This document shows positions 1 to 13,900 of a DNA stretch of 64,000 bases, piece by piece. Location of the stretch: the NCBI RefSeq assembly GCF_000002075.1, contig NW_004797932.1, positions 9,168 through 73,167 of the forward strand. Reading direction: 5' to 3'. Source of the stretch: Aplysia californica. Lineage: Eukaryota. The notes under the pieces are model-generated. The model was not told where the DNA came from, did no database searches, and was given only the letters and a program-made list of their open reading frames with translations. Every line of letters begins with the position of its first letter. Within the stretch, counting starts at the first letter, position 1. A program made the position numbers and the translations under genes.

Positions 1-150
1 CCGGGTACCCATTTCCATCTGGGTGAAGTGGGGAAAATTTGTGCAAAGTGCCTTTCCCAAGGACACAACGTCGGGCCCCTGACGGGATTCGAACCCACGA
101 CCTAACGGTTGCGAGTCCGAGAGCTTAACCACTAAGCCACCGATGCCACT
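1..150 (-). mobile_element. tRNA-derived SINE (CORE-like body), cut by the window edge
   Basis: Reverse strand reads A box tggcttagtgg, B box ggttcgaatcc, then gtgtccttgggaaaggcactt...aaatgggtacc; related copy at 47716-48056. Confidence 0.85.
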
Positions 151-188
151 AATGCACCTCATGTCCATAATTCAGAAATTCAGTCCAA

Positions 189-289
189 CAGCTGTCACTG
201 GAGAATATTATGTACCCGATACCCCCCTACCTGCCCACAGCTGTCGCTTGAGAATATTATGTACCCGATACCCCTGTACCTGCCCACAG
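189..289. repeat. Two-copy ~50-bp tandem duplication
   Basis: cagctgtc...gagaatattatgtacccgataccc...tacctgccca occurs twice. Confidence 0.8.
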
Positions 290-1969
290 GATAAGGTCAT
301 CAAGTAATATTAGTTTCTCTCCACCATATTAAGTTCACAAATAAAACGGATGTACACTAACAATCAATAAGCTTTACCGGCTTCTAGCTTCTAGAAATAC
401 ATCATGAATCAGTAATACTTCCAGACTCTCTCCACATGAGAAGTTTTAAATTGACCGAAATTACCAATATTTTTGCGGAAAGTGCGGGAGAGTGATAAAA
501 CATTTTAAAACAAATGTAAGCATACAAGAACGGCACACTAAATTGGTGCAAAAGAAAACAAATAGTAAGATTAAAATGAACAATAGAAACAGACACACAC
601 AAAAAATCATAAAATGTATATCTTGTCGTTAAGTTATACTGCCAGTTTGAGTGGGGGTCAGCTTCATCATAAAATATTCACTAAGTTAGTGGACACAGAT
701 GAGAAAATTAAGAAAAGGGAAAAGTATACAAAGTACAATTAATGAGCAGACTCAACAAAGTTCATCATTTAAAATTTTTTAAAAGAAATGCCACCAAAAA
801 TCACAATATAATAATGTTTCAAGACGACAAAAACAGCATTGATCTAGATCTATGTATAGATTTATAATTAAATCATTTATAACCAGCCAGGACCTATAAA
901 ACATGAGCAGGATACAGTGAACTACAAGCAATATGAATACACTTATAAAAGGTTTAGTCTGAAGGATTAGATTCCCTTTTAAACTAGATTATCAAAATCA
1001 TAGGCAGTACTGCTGGCTCCAATACATCCCCCAAATAGGCCTACTGACTGTATAAAATGGTCATATATGTTAGATTGAATGTTGTGAAAAACACCTTCAT
1101 CTTCGCAAGCTATTACACATTTTGTCCTCGATTTATCACCTTCACAAATCCCACGTGAAACGCCAAGTATAATCTGTGCCTTGGGGAAGAATTAATAAAA
1201 ACAGCAGATTGAATTCATCGATTAATTCCGGGCCTTAATTTGTGAAGTTAGGAAGAGGGAGGTGTGAAGAATCGGTCGTTCTATTTATTTTTCTCTGCTG
1301 ATGTCCGAGACAGTGCAGGTCCAACACAAACGAGCATGTCATTACTCATTGACAGGCCGTGAGCGAACAGGATGACGCCAATTGCCACTCATTGACAAGT
1401 CTCGTGACGAAAGCTATCTCTCTATTCTCTTCGTTTCACGCCGCTCTACTCAACAGACGTGTATCGAACAAAAACAAATAATATAACAGCAGACTACACT
1501 ACAGAATCGGGACTCTCGCTGCCCCACAATATCTATAATTTTACAAGAAAGTCGAAAAACAAATCTGAGTAAGCCCTACCTTTAAGACAAAATTCCTTTA
1601 TTACGTTGACAATCATAAGAAAATCCTTCCTCGTTGACGAAAGCTCTTTGCACTTTCATGTAAAGGGGAAGTTGATACTTTTGAAAAGATAACGCCCCCC
1701 TCATGCGACACACGCCTCTATTTTTACCGTGACCTTTGACATCTCCAATGAAAACAAAGTTTTTCATAAAATCAAATAAAAATATTTCGCTCTTTTAGAT
1801 ACATCTCATAGCATTGATTTAAAATACTGAGTACAAAGTGATATTGCTATTTCTTTTTAACATTTTATCAAACATTTATGTGCCGATTCAGTATTCAGCA
1901 CACAACTGCCATTCGCCTCGTTCCTCACTTCCCATAGTTCCCAAGTAAATAGTTTCCAACCAAGCCACC

Positions 1970-1987
1970 ATGGCGCCGACAACTGAG
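1970..1987 (+). CDS. IFT52: IFT52 exon 1 (MAPTTE)
   Basis: gccaccATGG, followed by GAG|gtattc; phase 0 fits exon 2. Confidence 0.75.
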
Positions 1988-4900
1988 GTATTCAATCAGT
2001 GCAATGTTGTTTATGACATGTACACCTGTTATCTGTACACTCCATTTAGGAGCGAAATGTACATTTTGTCCGAATGTATTCAATATAAATAGAGAGAACA
2101 TCATTGTTAACTAAATTAAGACCAAGACGTGATTTGAAAAATAAACAAATCGAGCTCTCCCGGCTTACTTCTAGATTCAAGATCTAGAGAGTAGAGATTC
2201 TACGTCTACACAGTAGTACAGACTACAGTGTTCAAGTTCAGTGTTCAGTATCACAGTGTAGTGAGGTGACTGTGGAGTTTATAGCCTGTAGTGTAGAGTA
2301 TAATGTGTAGTGAAAGTCAAAGTGTCAAGTCTAACTAAACTGTTGCTCATGTAGGGTAAGATAGTGGCTATTCTCACCCGCCTGGAAGTTCTCGCAAGAT
2401 CAACTCCTCCCCTCTTCTCTCTCTCTCTCTGTCTTTTTCTGAATACTGTCTATCGGTGTGGACGATCAAATTGACCAAAACAAAGTTAAAAAATGATGTT
2501 AAAACACAAAAGTAAATTAATTTGGTTGTCTACAAAGATGCTACGGCTATTTAACTTTTCGAATCGAGCCGAACTACGCGGGTCGCCATTTTGTTTTGCC
2601 CGGAAATTCTCGCACTACTCCTCTCTCTCATTCTCTCTCTCTTTCCACTGCCCACAGACAAAATTGTACGCTTTTAGTAGGCTACAGTTGTAATGGAACG
2701 TTTGTTCACGGCACAGAATTCTACAATTTTTCTGTTATCACAGTGTAGAATTCTGTGGTTTAGGGTGAACGCAAAATTTGGTGAACGTGCACCGGGTGAG
2801 AATAGCCACAAGACTCGCCTGCACTATTCTCACTCCGGGTGAGAATAGAGGTGGCCAAGATAGTGACACCTAAAGTCGCTTTCGGCGATTGTTAAAATTT
2901 CTGAGTTTAATTCCGATTTGCATTTTTCATAGCCTCGGGCATGTTTCGCTTTGGTCCCTAACCCTAACCCTGACCCTGACCCTAACCTTAACCCTGACCC
3001 TAACCTTAACCCTGACCCTAACCCTAACTTTCTCCAGGTAAGAAGGGACCAAAGCGATGCCCGAGGCTATGAAAACGTAAATCGGAATTAAACGCGGGAA
3101 TCTTAACAATCACCTCGCTTTCATCAAGGTTGCGATAACCAAATAAAAGCAATTAGCGGCCCCAAAAGCGAAGAATTTTTCTTCTTTCTCTCCATCTTAC
3201 ACGAAGCACAAGGCCCATCACCGATTCCTAACACATTGTATTGTACCAAACGAGGGCCCTGGCATAGTGGGTTTTCCCCCTTCAGAGAGAAAGAGTTAAT
3301 GGTTAAGACAGTGAATGTTTGTCTAATAACTAAGCCTAAGAGTGAGCCTGGGTTAGTGACGGGTTTGACGTTTTACTGAAAAACCCTGAAAATACCGAAA
3401 ACCCTCGAAAATACTGAAAACTAATCACCTGTGCATACATAGACTGGTGAATTCAGGTATAGAGTTCAGGGGCGAGGCGATAGCTTATAACTGGCTAGAA
3501 GTCGAGAGATCCCTGTTGGGCTAGCTGCATTTCTCAATCATTTCTTGTTGTAGCAATGCCTTATCTCTGTGCAATTTGTAGCAGAAACTGTGGAAGCGAT
3601 TCCATAGAATGCTTTACCTGACTCAGCTGGATTCACCAATAAGTTTTTTTTATATATATGTGAGGCAGCGTGGTGAAATTTAAGCCGCTCGTAAAAATTT
3701 GTTTTTTTGCCTCAACACCTTTCATGTCAATATATATATATAAAAATACATTTCCATGTGAATTTTACTGAAAAACGCTGATTAATGGCACAAAACATGT
3801 AAATTTTCCGTTTTCAAAGACTCTATAGCTTTAGTTACCAAACTTTTTACCTGAGAAAACAGGTTACTCCCACCTTTTTTAATTGCAAATATATCGACTT
3901 CTATTCAAGATAGATGGGTATTTTTTTCTCCTCAGAGAAGAGCAAATAAACAAGCTTTAAGTTTATACCAATAAGTCCACATTTCCAAAAAATGACGGGC
4001 ACCCAATTCCACCACGTCATGACACGTATAATATCTGTGTGTTAATGGGGGGGGGGGGTTCTTTAAGTGATAGTGAGCCGAAACTCAATTTCTGGATTGT
4101 GACTTGCTTTTTGTGTGTTTTCTTTTGTTTTTGTCTTTTAAATGTCATTGTTTTGTGAAAATGTGAAGTTGTTGGATTTTGTTGTTGTTGTTGTTGTTGT
4201 TTATTATTTTCACAGAGTTCTTCAACACAAAGCTTTTATTTACATTTGTTTTTATACAGTCACATGAGGTGATCAATGCCTGATAGATGTATTCTTTCTA
4301 TTGGTTTTCGGGGGTTTTGTGGGGTTTTGGTTAAACTTCATACTGGTTAGTGACAACATGCTTGAGTGTCACTATTTTTTTTACTTTCTTCTCTACCCTT
4401 CTTACTTACTTTCACTTTGAAATATCATTTTTCTCTCACTTTCTTTATACTTTTATTATTTTACAGGGAGCTGATGAAAAAGGAGCTCGGAATACAATTT
4501 TATTCAGTGCAACGAAAAGAGAACTATTTGCCCTCAACAATGGCCTGAAGACCTTGAACAGAAAGCTGAAGTCATCATGGAAACTCGTCTCGTAAGGGAT
4601 AGCACATTTTTTTACTGTTACCATATCATCTTTTGAAATACTATTAGTGGAGCTTTTAAAAATTTAATGCAATTACTGTCAAAATTGTTTAAGACCGACG
4701 CCCATCGTCAAGGAGAAAAGTGGTGTCTCAGACAATTGGGCGTCTCGGATAGTCTTACTTTTAATAGAAAGAGACATAAAGGTGGATGTGGGAAACTGGT
4801 TTCAACAGGTGATCGTCTTTGATAGGTGGCTGTTAGAGCAGATTTCACTCTAGTTTCATTTTCTTCCGTCTTTAGTGTCCTTTAATGACTGCACTTGGCA

Positions 4901-7900
4901 GTGGCATGCTCAGCAAACTGTGTATTTCTTTTCACAATCTCTTGGGTTTTTTGTAAAGTGTTTTACGGCGCTCGCAACTGCATTAGGTCATATGAGGGCG
5001 CGGGACACACCTAATATTTTCAGTTGGTAGGAAATTTTGAATTTTGCCCGGATGGCGGCCGAAGCCTACTCTTATCGATTTTAGACCACCAAGGGATCTT
5101 TAACGTGCGCAACTTGCACACGGGCCCTCCGAGATTTTTCGCCCTTGTCCGAGAAGGCTAGGTGTAGATCTTTCCTACCAGAAGATCAGGGGTGTGGCAG
5201 AAAGACAGCAGTAAGGAGGAGCCAAGGAGTAAAGTAGAAAGGCTGCAGAAAGAGTCAGGAGCCCAGAGGAGGGGGCAAAGGAGGTGAGGGGGTGGGGGCA
5301 GAAAGTGAAAATGAAAGCAGACTACAGAACATTGCTTCACAATCTCTAAAGTGAGAGATGTATTGCTGGGGGTAGATGTATTTCAAGTGACTTGGATTTT
5401 AAAAAAGGGAGGAACCTTTTCTTGTAAATGATTTTGTAAATTTGGCTTTTGACTTTTCCTCCTAACCATCCTAACGTCACAACAGCTGATTAGATAAGCC
5501 ATAAGTTTTATTGTTCTAAAAATTTCGGTTTGTTTATCCTGTATTTTATATCCCAAGACAATTCAACTCCTTCACAAATGAATTCTGCTTTCTATTTACA
5601 CATTACTGTCTGAAAATGTATAGGTTTTGGCCCTTACTTGCTTGGTTTGCCTGTTCTCATGCATTTTGCAATAGAATGTTGTGAAATTATATAATCATCC
5701 CTGATACCACAGTCTATTTGTTAGTGACACTTGTAGGTTTAGTTAAAATACTCAAACTAATTTACTAATTGGAAATGAAAATGTTTTAGACTTCAAATGC
5801 CTTTGACATCCATAAACCATGATAATATGCATTCGAAGAAATTTTAATTCAAGTGCAACATTTGATGTTTTTCTGCATATGAAATCTTTTGGACAGAAAC
5901 AAAGAGGACATTTCTCCAGACAAACTGAACCAGACCCGCATCTTTGTCATACCTGGCGCCAGGGAAAAGTTCACAGCAGCTGAGGTAAGTTGAAGTGAGA
6001 GACGTGATCTCTTATACTTTATGTGTGGGAGCCTGCTGCAAGTAAATATGTATACCACTGGCTTGATAAAACTGATTGTTAAACCACACACTGTATTTTG
6101 ATGATTATCAAGTAGTGGAGCAATGTGTCGAATGATTTTGTAGGCAATGCTAAGGATTATTTCATGGATAGATATGATTGAAGATGAATTGATGAAAAAA
6201 AGAGGAAAGGTACAAAACTATTCATATTTTTTTTTAGCAAAATTTTGCTAAATTCTTGAGTGGACATCTAGATTTGTATTTTCTTTTGGGAAAGCTTTTG
6301 TAAAATTGGGTTTCAAAAAAGTGTTGCGGAAAGAATGTCACAATTCATTGTGCTGTCGAAGCATTCCTGGATGAATTATCATATACTAGTCTTTAAGAAT
6401 GATTACAGGGTGCATTGTTATAGAATGTCATATTGTGATGTTAATTAAATATTTTTCCTTGATTTTGTTGTTGTTTCAGTTTGCCACAATGAAGGCGTAT
6501 TTAGAATCAGGTGGCAGTATCATGGTGCTGTTAGGAGAGGGAGGAGAATCTCGCTTTGAAACAAATGTAAATTTTTTTCTGGAAGAGTTCGGAATCATGG
6601 TAAATAACGGTAAGTAAAACAAAAAAGTGCTGATTTCAGCTTCAACCTTCTTGATTCCAGAGGGAAATAGAAACCCAGAAATTCTATTTTCTTTCATGAT
6701 GTTTTTGACACATTCCCGTTCTGTCATTAGTTTATCTCAAATATTTCTTTGATAAGCTGAGCTATTTTTACAATGAAGATATTAGCCTTTAATGTAACTG
6801 TGTTGAAGAAATGGCTCTTGTGGTACTGAAGTGTTTTCCTTTTTAGGTTTGAATCCAGTTCAGGAAAGTTTCTAAACTAAAACCGTCAAGCAAGCTGCTT
6901 TTGTATTTTTGCTTTAATAAAAAAAAAACTTGACTGGCCTTTCATGGATCGTACCATGACATTGCAAGAAAGGCACAACATGCTCATCGTAAATGTTCAT
7001 GGAGTTCTTCCATACTTCATTCATTTGTTTCTTGTTCTCCCTTCAAACAGATGCTGTGGTCCGAACGTCTTACTACAAATACTTTCACCCGAAGGAGGCC
7101 TTGATAACAAATGGTGTATTGAACAGGTTAGTTTTTTACTATGCTCCTCTGCGTTGTTTTTGTTTTTTTTAATTGTGGGTTGCTTTTTCCACTCAAATGA
7201 GATTCATTTATGTTGTTCTTTAACCCTATCCTCACGCCCTGGGGTCATTTTGTACCCCCGGGGTTGTAGTCCTCACATATTAGAATACTTCTAGTACAAA
7301 TATATGTCTTTGAAACTTTCAGTTTTTCTCAAAAATCATTTTGACAGACTGCTATACGAAGCGTACGGATCGGATTAACGAGCAAATTTCCTCTTTGGAA
7401 AGTGGTGGCACAGAGTACCCCATGTCGTGTGGATACGATAGTATGACACGACGTACTGATAGGGTTAATAAATATTGTTACAGAGTATTCATGAGTGTGT
7501 TGTCTTCTTAACTTGAGATTTGAAGAAGAACAATTTGGGACTCAGCTAGTAGTGTGCAACTTTGGCAGTGTTGTTGTGATGGGGTGGTTATTGCTGGACG
7601 CTCAACAGAGAACTGAGAGGCGGCTAGAAGGTCTTCTGTTTGTGCGTAAGCCTGCTGTGATTTATATATAAAAAAAATGTTAGACAGCGTGGTGGAATCA
7701 GGCTCTCGTCAATTTTCGGGCATGTAAAGTTATTGGTATCATCTTAAAGCTTGTTCACTTGTCTTTATTTGGATGTAAAAAATATCCATTTATCTTGAAT
7801 ACAAGTTGAGATATTCGCGAATGAAGGAGATGGGGGTCACCTGTTTTCAGAGGTGAAGTTAGTGAGAAATGGCCGCCAAAGATTACTTGTTTCCTTAGCT

Positions 7901-10900
7901 TAAGAGTCCGTGGTAACTGAAAATTTACATCTTTTGTGCCTTTAATCAACATTTTAAAGAAATTTCCACAGAGAAACGAGTTCTTTAATGGGCATGAAAG
8001 GTGTTGAGCCCAAAAACAAAAATTTGATAAAAATTCACAAACCTGCGGAAAAATGCAAGTTTCTTCGCTTTGATTATTTTGACGAGAGCCTGATTCAACC
8101 ACGTTGCCTCACATATACAGTTTTGGTACAAATTGTTCTAGTTCTACAACCAACAAACAGCTGTGATTGCCAAGGTGCTGGTTTGCCGTGTACTGTTTTT
8201 GGGTTCAGCCTTCAGTGCCTAGATGTATCTCCAGTGTTTTGTTTTTTCTTTTTGCCATATTTAGACAGATTGTCGTGATATATATATGGTTTCACTTTGC
8301 TCAGCAATCTCAAATTTGTCATTACCAAAAGTTATTCTTATGTCATAAATTTACGGGTTTACTCCTCGTTTTATTTGGTTGCTTTTAAGCACAGGGGGCT
8401 ATCCGGAAAAAATGCTTTTTTGAGAAAATCGAAGGTAAAGTTTTTCCCCATTGTTTAGTTTCTTTAAAAGACAAGGAGAGTTTTCTCCTTAACCAAACAA
8501 ATATTCACACCAATGAAACCAAACTTCTCTTATAGGTAGGGCAATGCCCACTTTTGATATAGGTCCAGATTTCAGCATATCAATTATGTCAGTATACAAA
8601 GTTTTGCTGAAGCTCTTGTTCTTCCACTTTCAGGGCTATAAGCCAGGCAGCTGGAAAGACCTCCTTCGGGGTTGGAGACGAAGACAGCAACAATTCTCAG
8701 TAAGTTACGTATATGAGGAGATGGGAGTGAATACCCTAAACCTTTTGTAGAGTTCTTTCAAATACAAGGCTTAAGGTTTATTAGAATAACACTCATGTAA
8801 ATTTTACAATTTCATTATTATGAAGCATACAATAGCTGTTGACTGTATATTGGAATACGGAGTAAATGTGGGTAGAAAAGTCTTGTGCAAAGCTGTATTT
8901 CAAGAAGTTTTGCGTCGTTAATGTGGCAGGTAACCGATTAATATTTTTCTATTTCTCAGTAAATGTAAAAAAATATTTAGATTACTTATGTTTTTATTTT
9001 GATTTCTGTAGGTGTTACTGAGAAGTCTTGGTTTTACTTTTTGAAACTCTGTACATTTGTATGAAAGATACTGAGTGGGGTTCTTGACAATACACGATAT
9101 AAAGGATTTCCTTTTAAATGATAAGCTTTGTAGTGTTTGTGATGGTAGTAGTTAGGCAAGAATATTGAGCTTAATATTTATTGTGGAGTGTATTTTTCTA
9201 TTCACAGATCTGTCCTGTTCAGTGTATTGTAACTCCCTTTGTTTATTTCCCTTGACCAGGGCCCTCTCCTTCCTGTATCCGTACGGAGCCACGCTCAATG
9301 TCGCTAAGCCCGCCTCGGCCGTGCTGTCCACCGGCAGCGTTTGCTTCCCCTTGAACCGCCCTGTGTGTGCTCTCTACTCCTCCAGGGTGAGTGGCGGGGC
9401 TGCCTCTTTTCTTTGTTTGTTTGGGGGTTTTTTGTTTGGTTTTATTTTGTCTTGTGTCTCTTTGTTGGTGCCGATATTTGTAAGTTACGTAAAAATTGTT
9501 TGGTTTTCTTTTGTCCTGTGTCTCTATGTTGGTGCCGATATTTGTAAGTTACGTAAAAATTGTTTGGTTTTATTTTGTCCTGTGTCTCTATGTTGGTGCC
9601 GATATTTTGTAAGTTACTTTAAGTTACGTAAAAATGCACTGTCGTGGTACAAATTGTTATCATGTTGTTAGACTAGAGTACCATTCATGTTAATTTTACA
9701 GTTTCATTTTTACGAAGCATATATGATAACGGGAACTGACCAAAGCTATTGATTTATTATTGTGTTGTTATGCTTCAACAACAAAAAAACAGAACAAGAA
9801 AAAGGGGATGTGATGATGATGATTATGCTGATGCAGCATGTCTTTTGTTACAATAGGCAGGGGGTTCTTTATTAATGTTTATTAAAACAATTTTGTTCTT
9901 TATTAACGTTTATAAATTTTGTTTGTCTTTGTGTGTTTTTGTTGGCAGCATCACAAAGGGAAGCTAGCTGTCCTTGGCTCGGTACATATGGTCAGTGACC
10001 AGTACATCGACAAAGAGGAGAATTCTAAGATTTTGGTAAGTTTGCATCCTGGAGGGTTTGTTTTTTTATCTCCAGAAATTGAAATATGTGAGGCATCGTG
10101 GTGGAATCGGGCTTTCGTCAATTTTTGGGCATGTAGAGTTATTGGTATCATCTTAAAGCTTGTTCACTTGTCTTTATTTGGATGAAAAAAATATCTATTT
10201 ATCTTGAATACAAATCGAGATATTTGCGAATGAAGGAGGTAGGGTTACTAGGTCTAAACTATATATCGCATTCTTTTTCATTATTTTTTTTAAAAAAACA
10301 AAGCTCAGTTGGAAATATATCTGCTGATGTGATACTTTCAATTTTAAGAGGAATGCTGGTTTAGGTTGGAAACAAACTGAAGAATCTTTTTTTTCTTTTC
10401 CTGAACGATCACTCAGGATGTCCTCATCAATTTCCTGACAACTGACGACATCAAACTCAACCCAATCGATGCTGAAGATCCCGAGGTAAGCGGCTTTTTT
10501 GACCTTATGTTTTGTGTTCAGATTGGGCATGGTGAACGTGGACGGCATAATGTAAGGCTTCACCATAAGCCATTTTGAAAAGTGACATATAATGGAGTCT
10601 TAACTCTTTAACCATGCAATTTAAAATCATGTTTCCGCGTAATTCTCTCGTGCTTGTGGAAGTGTGACCTGACATATTACATTTTTAAAACCGCTTGTTT
10701 CGTGTCAAACTGATCAATAAAGGATTACCCAGACGTAGAATTCATTTATCTTTGAATTCCGGGTCAAACTAAAGGCTTGTTAGCTCGAACTTTTTTATAT
10801 TCGACCCGTACCATAATACAATAACAACTTCGCATCGGGTGGTACCGTCCAGCCTTGGTTAAAGAATTAACGCCGAGTATTCGATAATTGAAAGGTTTGT

Positions 10901-13900
10901 TAATTGAGATCAAGAAATGCTGAAACCAAGAGAGAAGCCTGCAAGCTGCGCACATTCACAAGTGGAAGTGGAGCTTGTAAATGTTCAAAATGTGGCAAAC
11001 TTTTCTCTGCCAGAACTGGTCTCATCAGCCACAGCAGATGCCACAAGTCACCTAAACCTTCAAATCTTCCAACTCTTTTATTTCGCTGGAGAGATATTCT
11101 TCTATGTGGACGTATATTATTATTATTATCATTATTATTGTTAGTATTAGTAGTATCATAACTGAAGGTGGACTGCTTCGACTATGCCTCTCCGGGGCGA
11201 CTGCTTCGACTATGCCTCTCCGGGGCGACTGCTTGGACTATGCCTCTCCGGGGCGACCCGGGCTGAAAAGGATACAACATCCTGGCAGACAGACATTTTA
11301 TTTTGTAAAAACATCTTCCCATACGAGAATCGAACTCATGTCTCCTGCATGGGAAGGCAAAGGGTGTGACCATCACACCACAGACGCTGGTAGTATGATA
11401 CGAGTTTATCGCCTCTCTACAAAGAATTGATCGAAAAGTACATACTGTAATATATAGTCCAAAAGCAACGTTGTGTCTTGGTCTGTTTTCTGTCAAAGAG
11501 GGTCCACGCCTCTCTTTGAGCCAATTTTAAAAAGTGTCCTCAAAATTTGGTGGCGCCCTCTTCGCAAATGTGCACCCTTTGCGAACAGAGTTACCTTATT
11601 TGTGTTAAAAAAATCAAAGTGAAACTAACAAGTTTTTGAATAAATAAGATTTCAAATTTCGGAAGAATGCTTTTTTAAAATGGTTACGCTGACAACTGTT
11701 TTCTTCCTTTATTTTGACTTTAGAATAAAAGGTGAGAGGTCATTAAAATTTTAAAAACCTAAAACTCCGCACTGAACGAACCCGAACAGCTGATGAACAG
11801 CAGTCGATCTGCGCACGCAAGGAGGTGCTATTCCTATTCTTCTTCTAGAGAAACGAAAGAGAGCTTCAAAACAGACTACAGCGCCATCTGAAGCAAAGAG
11901 CGAACTTCCGGCGGACACTTTTTTGGCTGAGTGGACCATCTTGCTATGTACTATCTTTGTTTCTGTCAAGTAAATAGTTTTATTTCAAGTGCTTGGAGTT
12001 GGGTTTTTTTTTTTCTTTTTTGTTTTTACTCTGTAGATCAAGAAAATTAAATTTACTATCTAAGGCAGTTGCATTTATAGAAGAGCTGTTACCTTCACAT
12101 GGTTGGTACATTTCATTGACTTTCTCCTTTTTCTTTCTTAATTTTCTTTTTTTTAAAAAATGTTTTCCCCTTTAGATCAACGACTACAGCCAGTTGCCAG
12201 ACGTGGCGCGACTCTCGGAGCAGCTCAAGACCTGTCTACAGGAGAGTGACGACATTCCAAGGGACATCACCTCGCTGTTTGACAACTCCATGTTCAAGCT
12301 CGACACGTCGCTGGTGCCCAAGTCTATCAAGTACGTGTCTGTGGGTTTTGATTTTGAGGGGAGACCGCGTGCAAAGTTTAAAGGGAGTGTTTTTTGTACA
12401 ACGAAAGTTTGCAAAAAGTATCTAGAATTGTTATAAATGACTGTATTTGATTATTTTGCTTCTCTAATAATTATATATATCCTCATTTGCATATGCCACA
12501 AACTCTAGGTACTGTATAGAATTAAGCAAAATCACAGGCTCTCACTCAGGGGTGGCATAGCAAGGATGATATATTTTACATCAACACTTCTCTTTCATAA
12601 AATCTAGGAAGATTTTAGTTCTTCTCTGAGTCTAAATTGTATTTCTAACTTTCGACCAAAAAAATTCAGAAAAACAAACCCCAAAACTTCCAGTACCACT
12701 AAGCTTTGAAATGGCCAGAATATGTTTGTGTGTCGCTATTTTAGAGCAATGTCATTGATGTTTTTACGAGATAATTATAAAGTGTAAAAAAATGCAATGA
12801 GGCTGCTAAGCAAAACTGTTGTGCAGGTCAGGACAGGGTGATAATAATTCATAATCACTGAGATCTCAAGTGTCCGCTATTTAGGAGCAGTTGTTTTTTA
12901 ACCTTCTGTTCTTGGTTTTGCTAGGTTTGCATATTGTCAATCGCAGTTGTTTTTTTTTTAACTTGTGTAAGTTTTTTTCCTTTTAGCGTTTGTCTGTGTT
13001 TTTTGTTAGTGTGCTGGGGATAGATAGTGAGACAGCATTCAAATGTCAGCTGAAGTCGTTTCTATTTTTAAGTTAATAAGATGAAGAGTAATTTTCTTTA
13101 GTCAGAACACGTTTTATGTTACTGTTGTACGTTGTACTGTTTTGTAAAGCGCTCAGAGCCTGTGTACTTTAATCGGGGTTGAGCGCAATATAAATGTCAA
13201 TTATTATTATTATTACAGCAGAATAACATTTTTGTATGTGTTTATTTTGATGATTTTTTGTTTTTAAAGAGTTTGTTTTGTTTTCCTTCCCCAGAGCCTT
13301 TGAAGAGCTGAAAGTGAAGCACGAAGCCTTGACCCTGATCACCCCCCAGTTTGAGACGCCCCTCCCTCCACTGCAGCCTGCGGTAAGCAACAGTCCTGTC
13401 TACCTTTTGTTCTGCTGTTTTCTCGGGAGAAGTTTCCAACAAAAATTTGTCTTTGACTTTGAATCTCAGAATTTGTGGTTGGGGGTTGGGTGGTGAGTTC
13501 TTGTTTTGTAGTCTACCCTAAGAGACTTCTGGCTCACCTTGTTGGGTTTTTTTTGTTGTTGTTGTTTTGCTTTGCAGTTTATTGTTTTTGTTTTATATAT
13601 TTGTGTGGCATGATGGTGAAATCGGTACTGGGCGAAATAAAGAAACGGGTAAAAATTAATTCCGCTTGGCATATTTTACGTCCATTTAAAAAAAACACAT
13701 TTAAGTTCTTTGTGGGGTTTACTGCAAGGTTTTCATCAACGGCGCAAAAAATGAAAACTGTAATTTCCAATGACACTCAGGCCTTGGAAGGTACCGTACC
13801 AAACTTTGGCAGCTTTTAATTTTTGTAAGAGTTTTACGGCACTTGCAACACAATAAGGTCATATTATAAGTGCCGAAGATTAGAGGTGTTACAAGAGAGT

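Noticed and set aside
70-150. tRNA gene (also 11320-11387, 47975-48056)
   Set aside because: The A/B boxes continue into SINE bodies and there is no closed acceptor stem.
280-1767. Divergent minus-strand gene sharing the IFT52 promoter (donor-like sites at ~1579, 1093, 279)
   Set aside because: No recognisable coding sequence or consistent exon chain.
1935-1965. RFX X-box upstream of the ciliary gene IFT52 (gttcccaagtaaat)
   Set aside because: The second half-site is a poor match to RRNAAC, so it is not supportable.
2956-3028. True telomere or chromosome-fusion site
   Set aside because: Short, degenerate, single orientation, and enclosed in inverted arms inside an intron.
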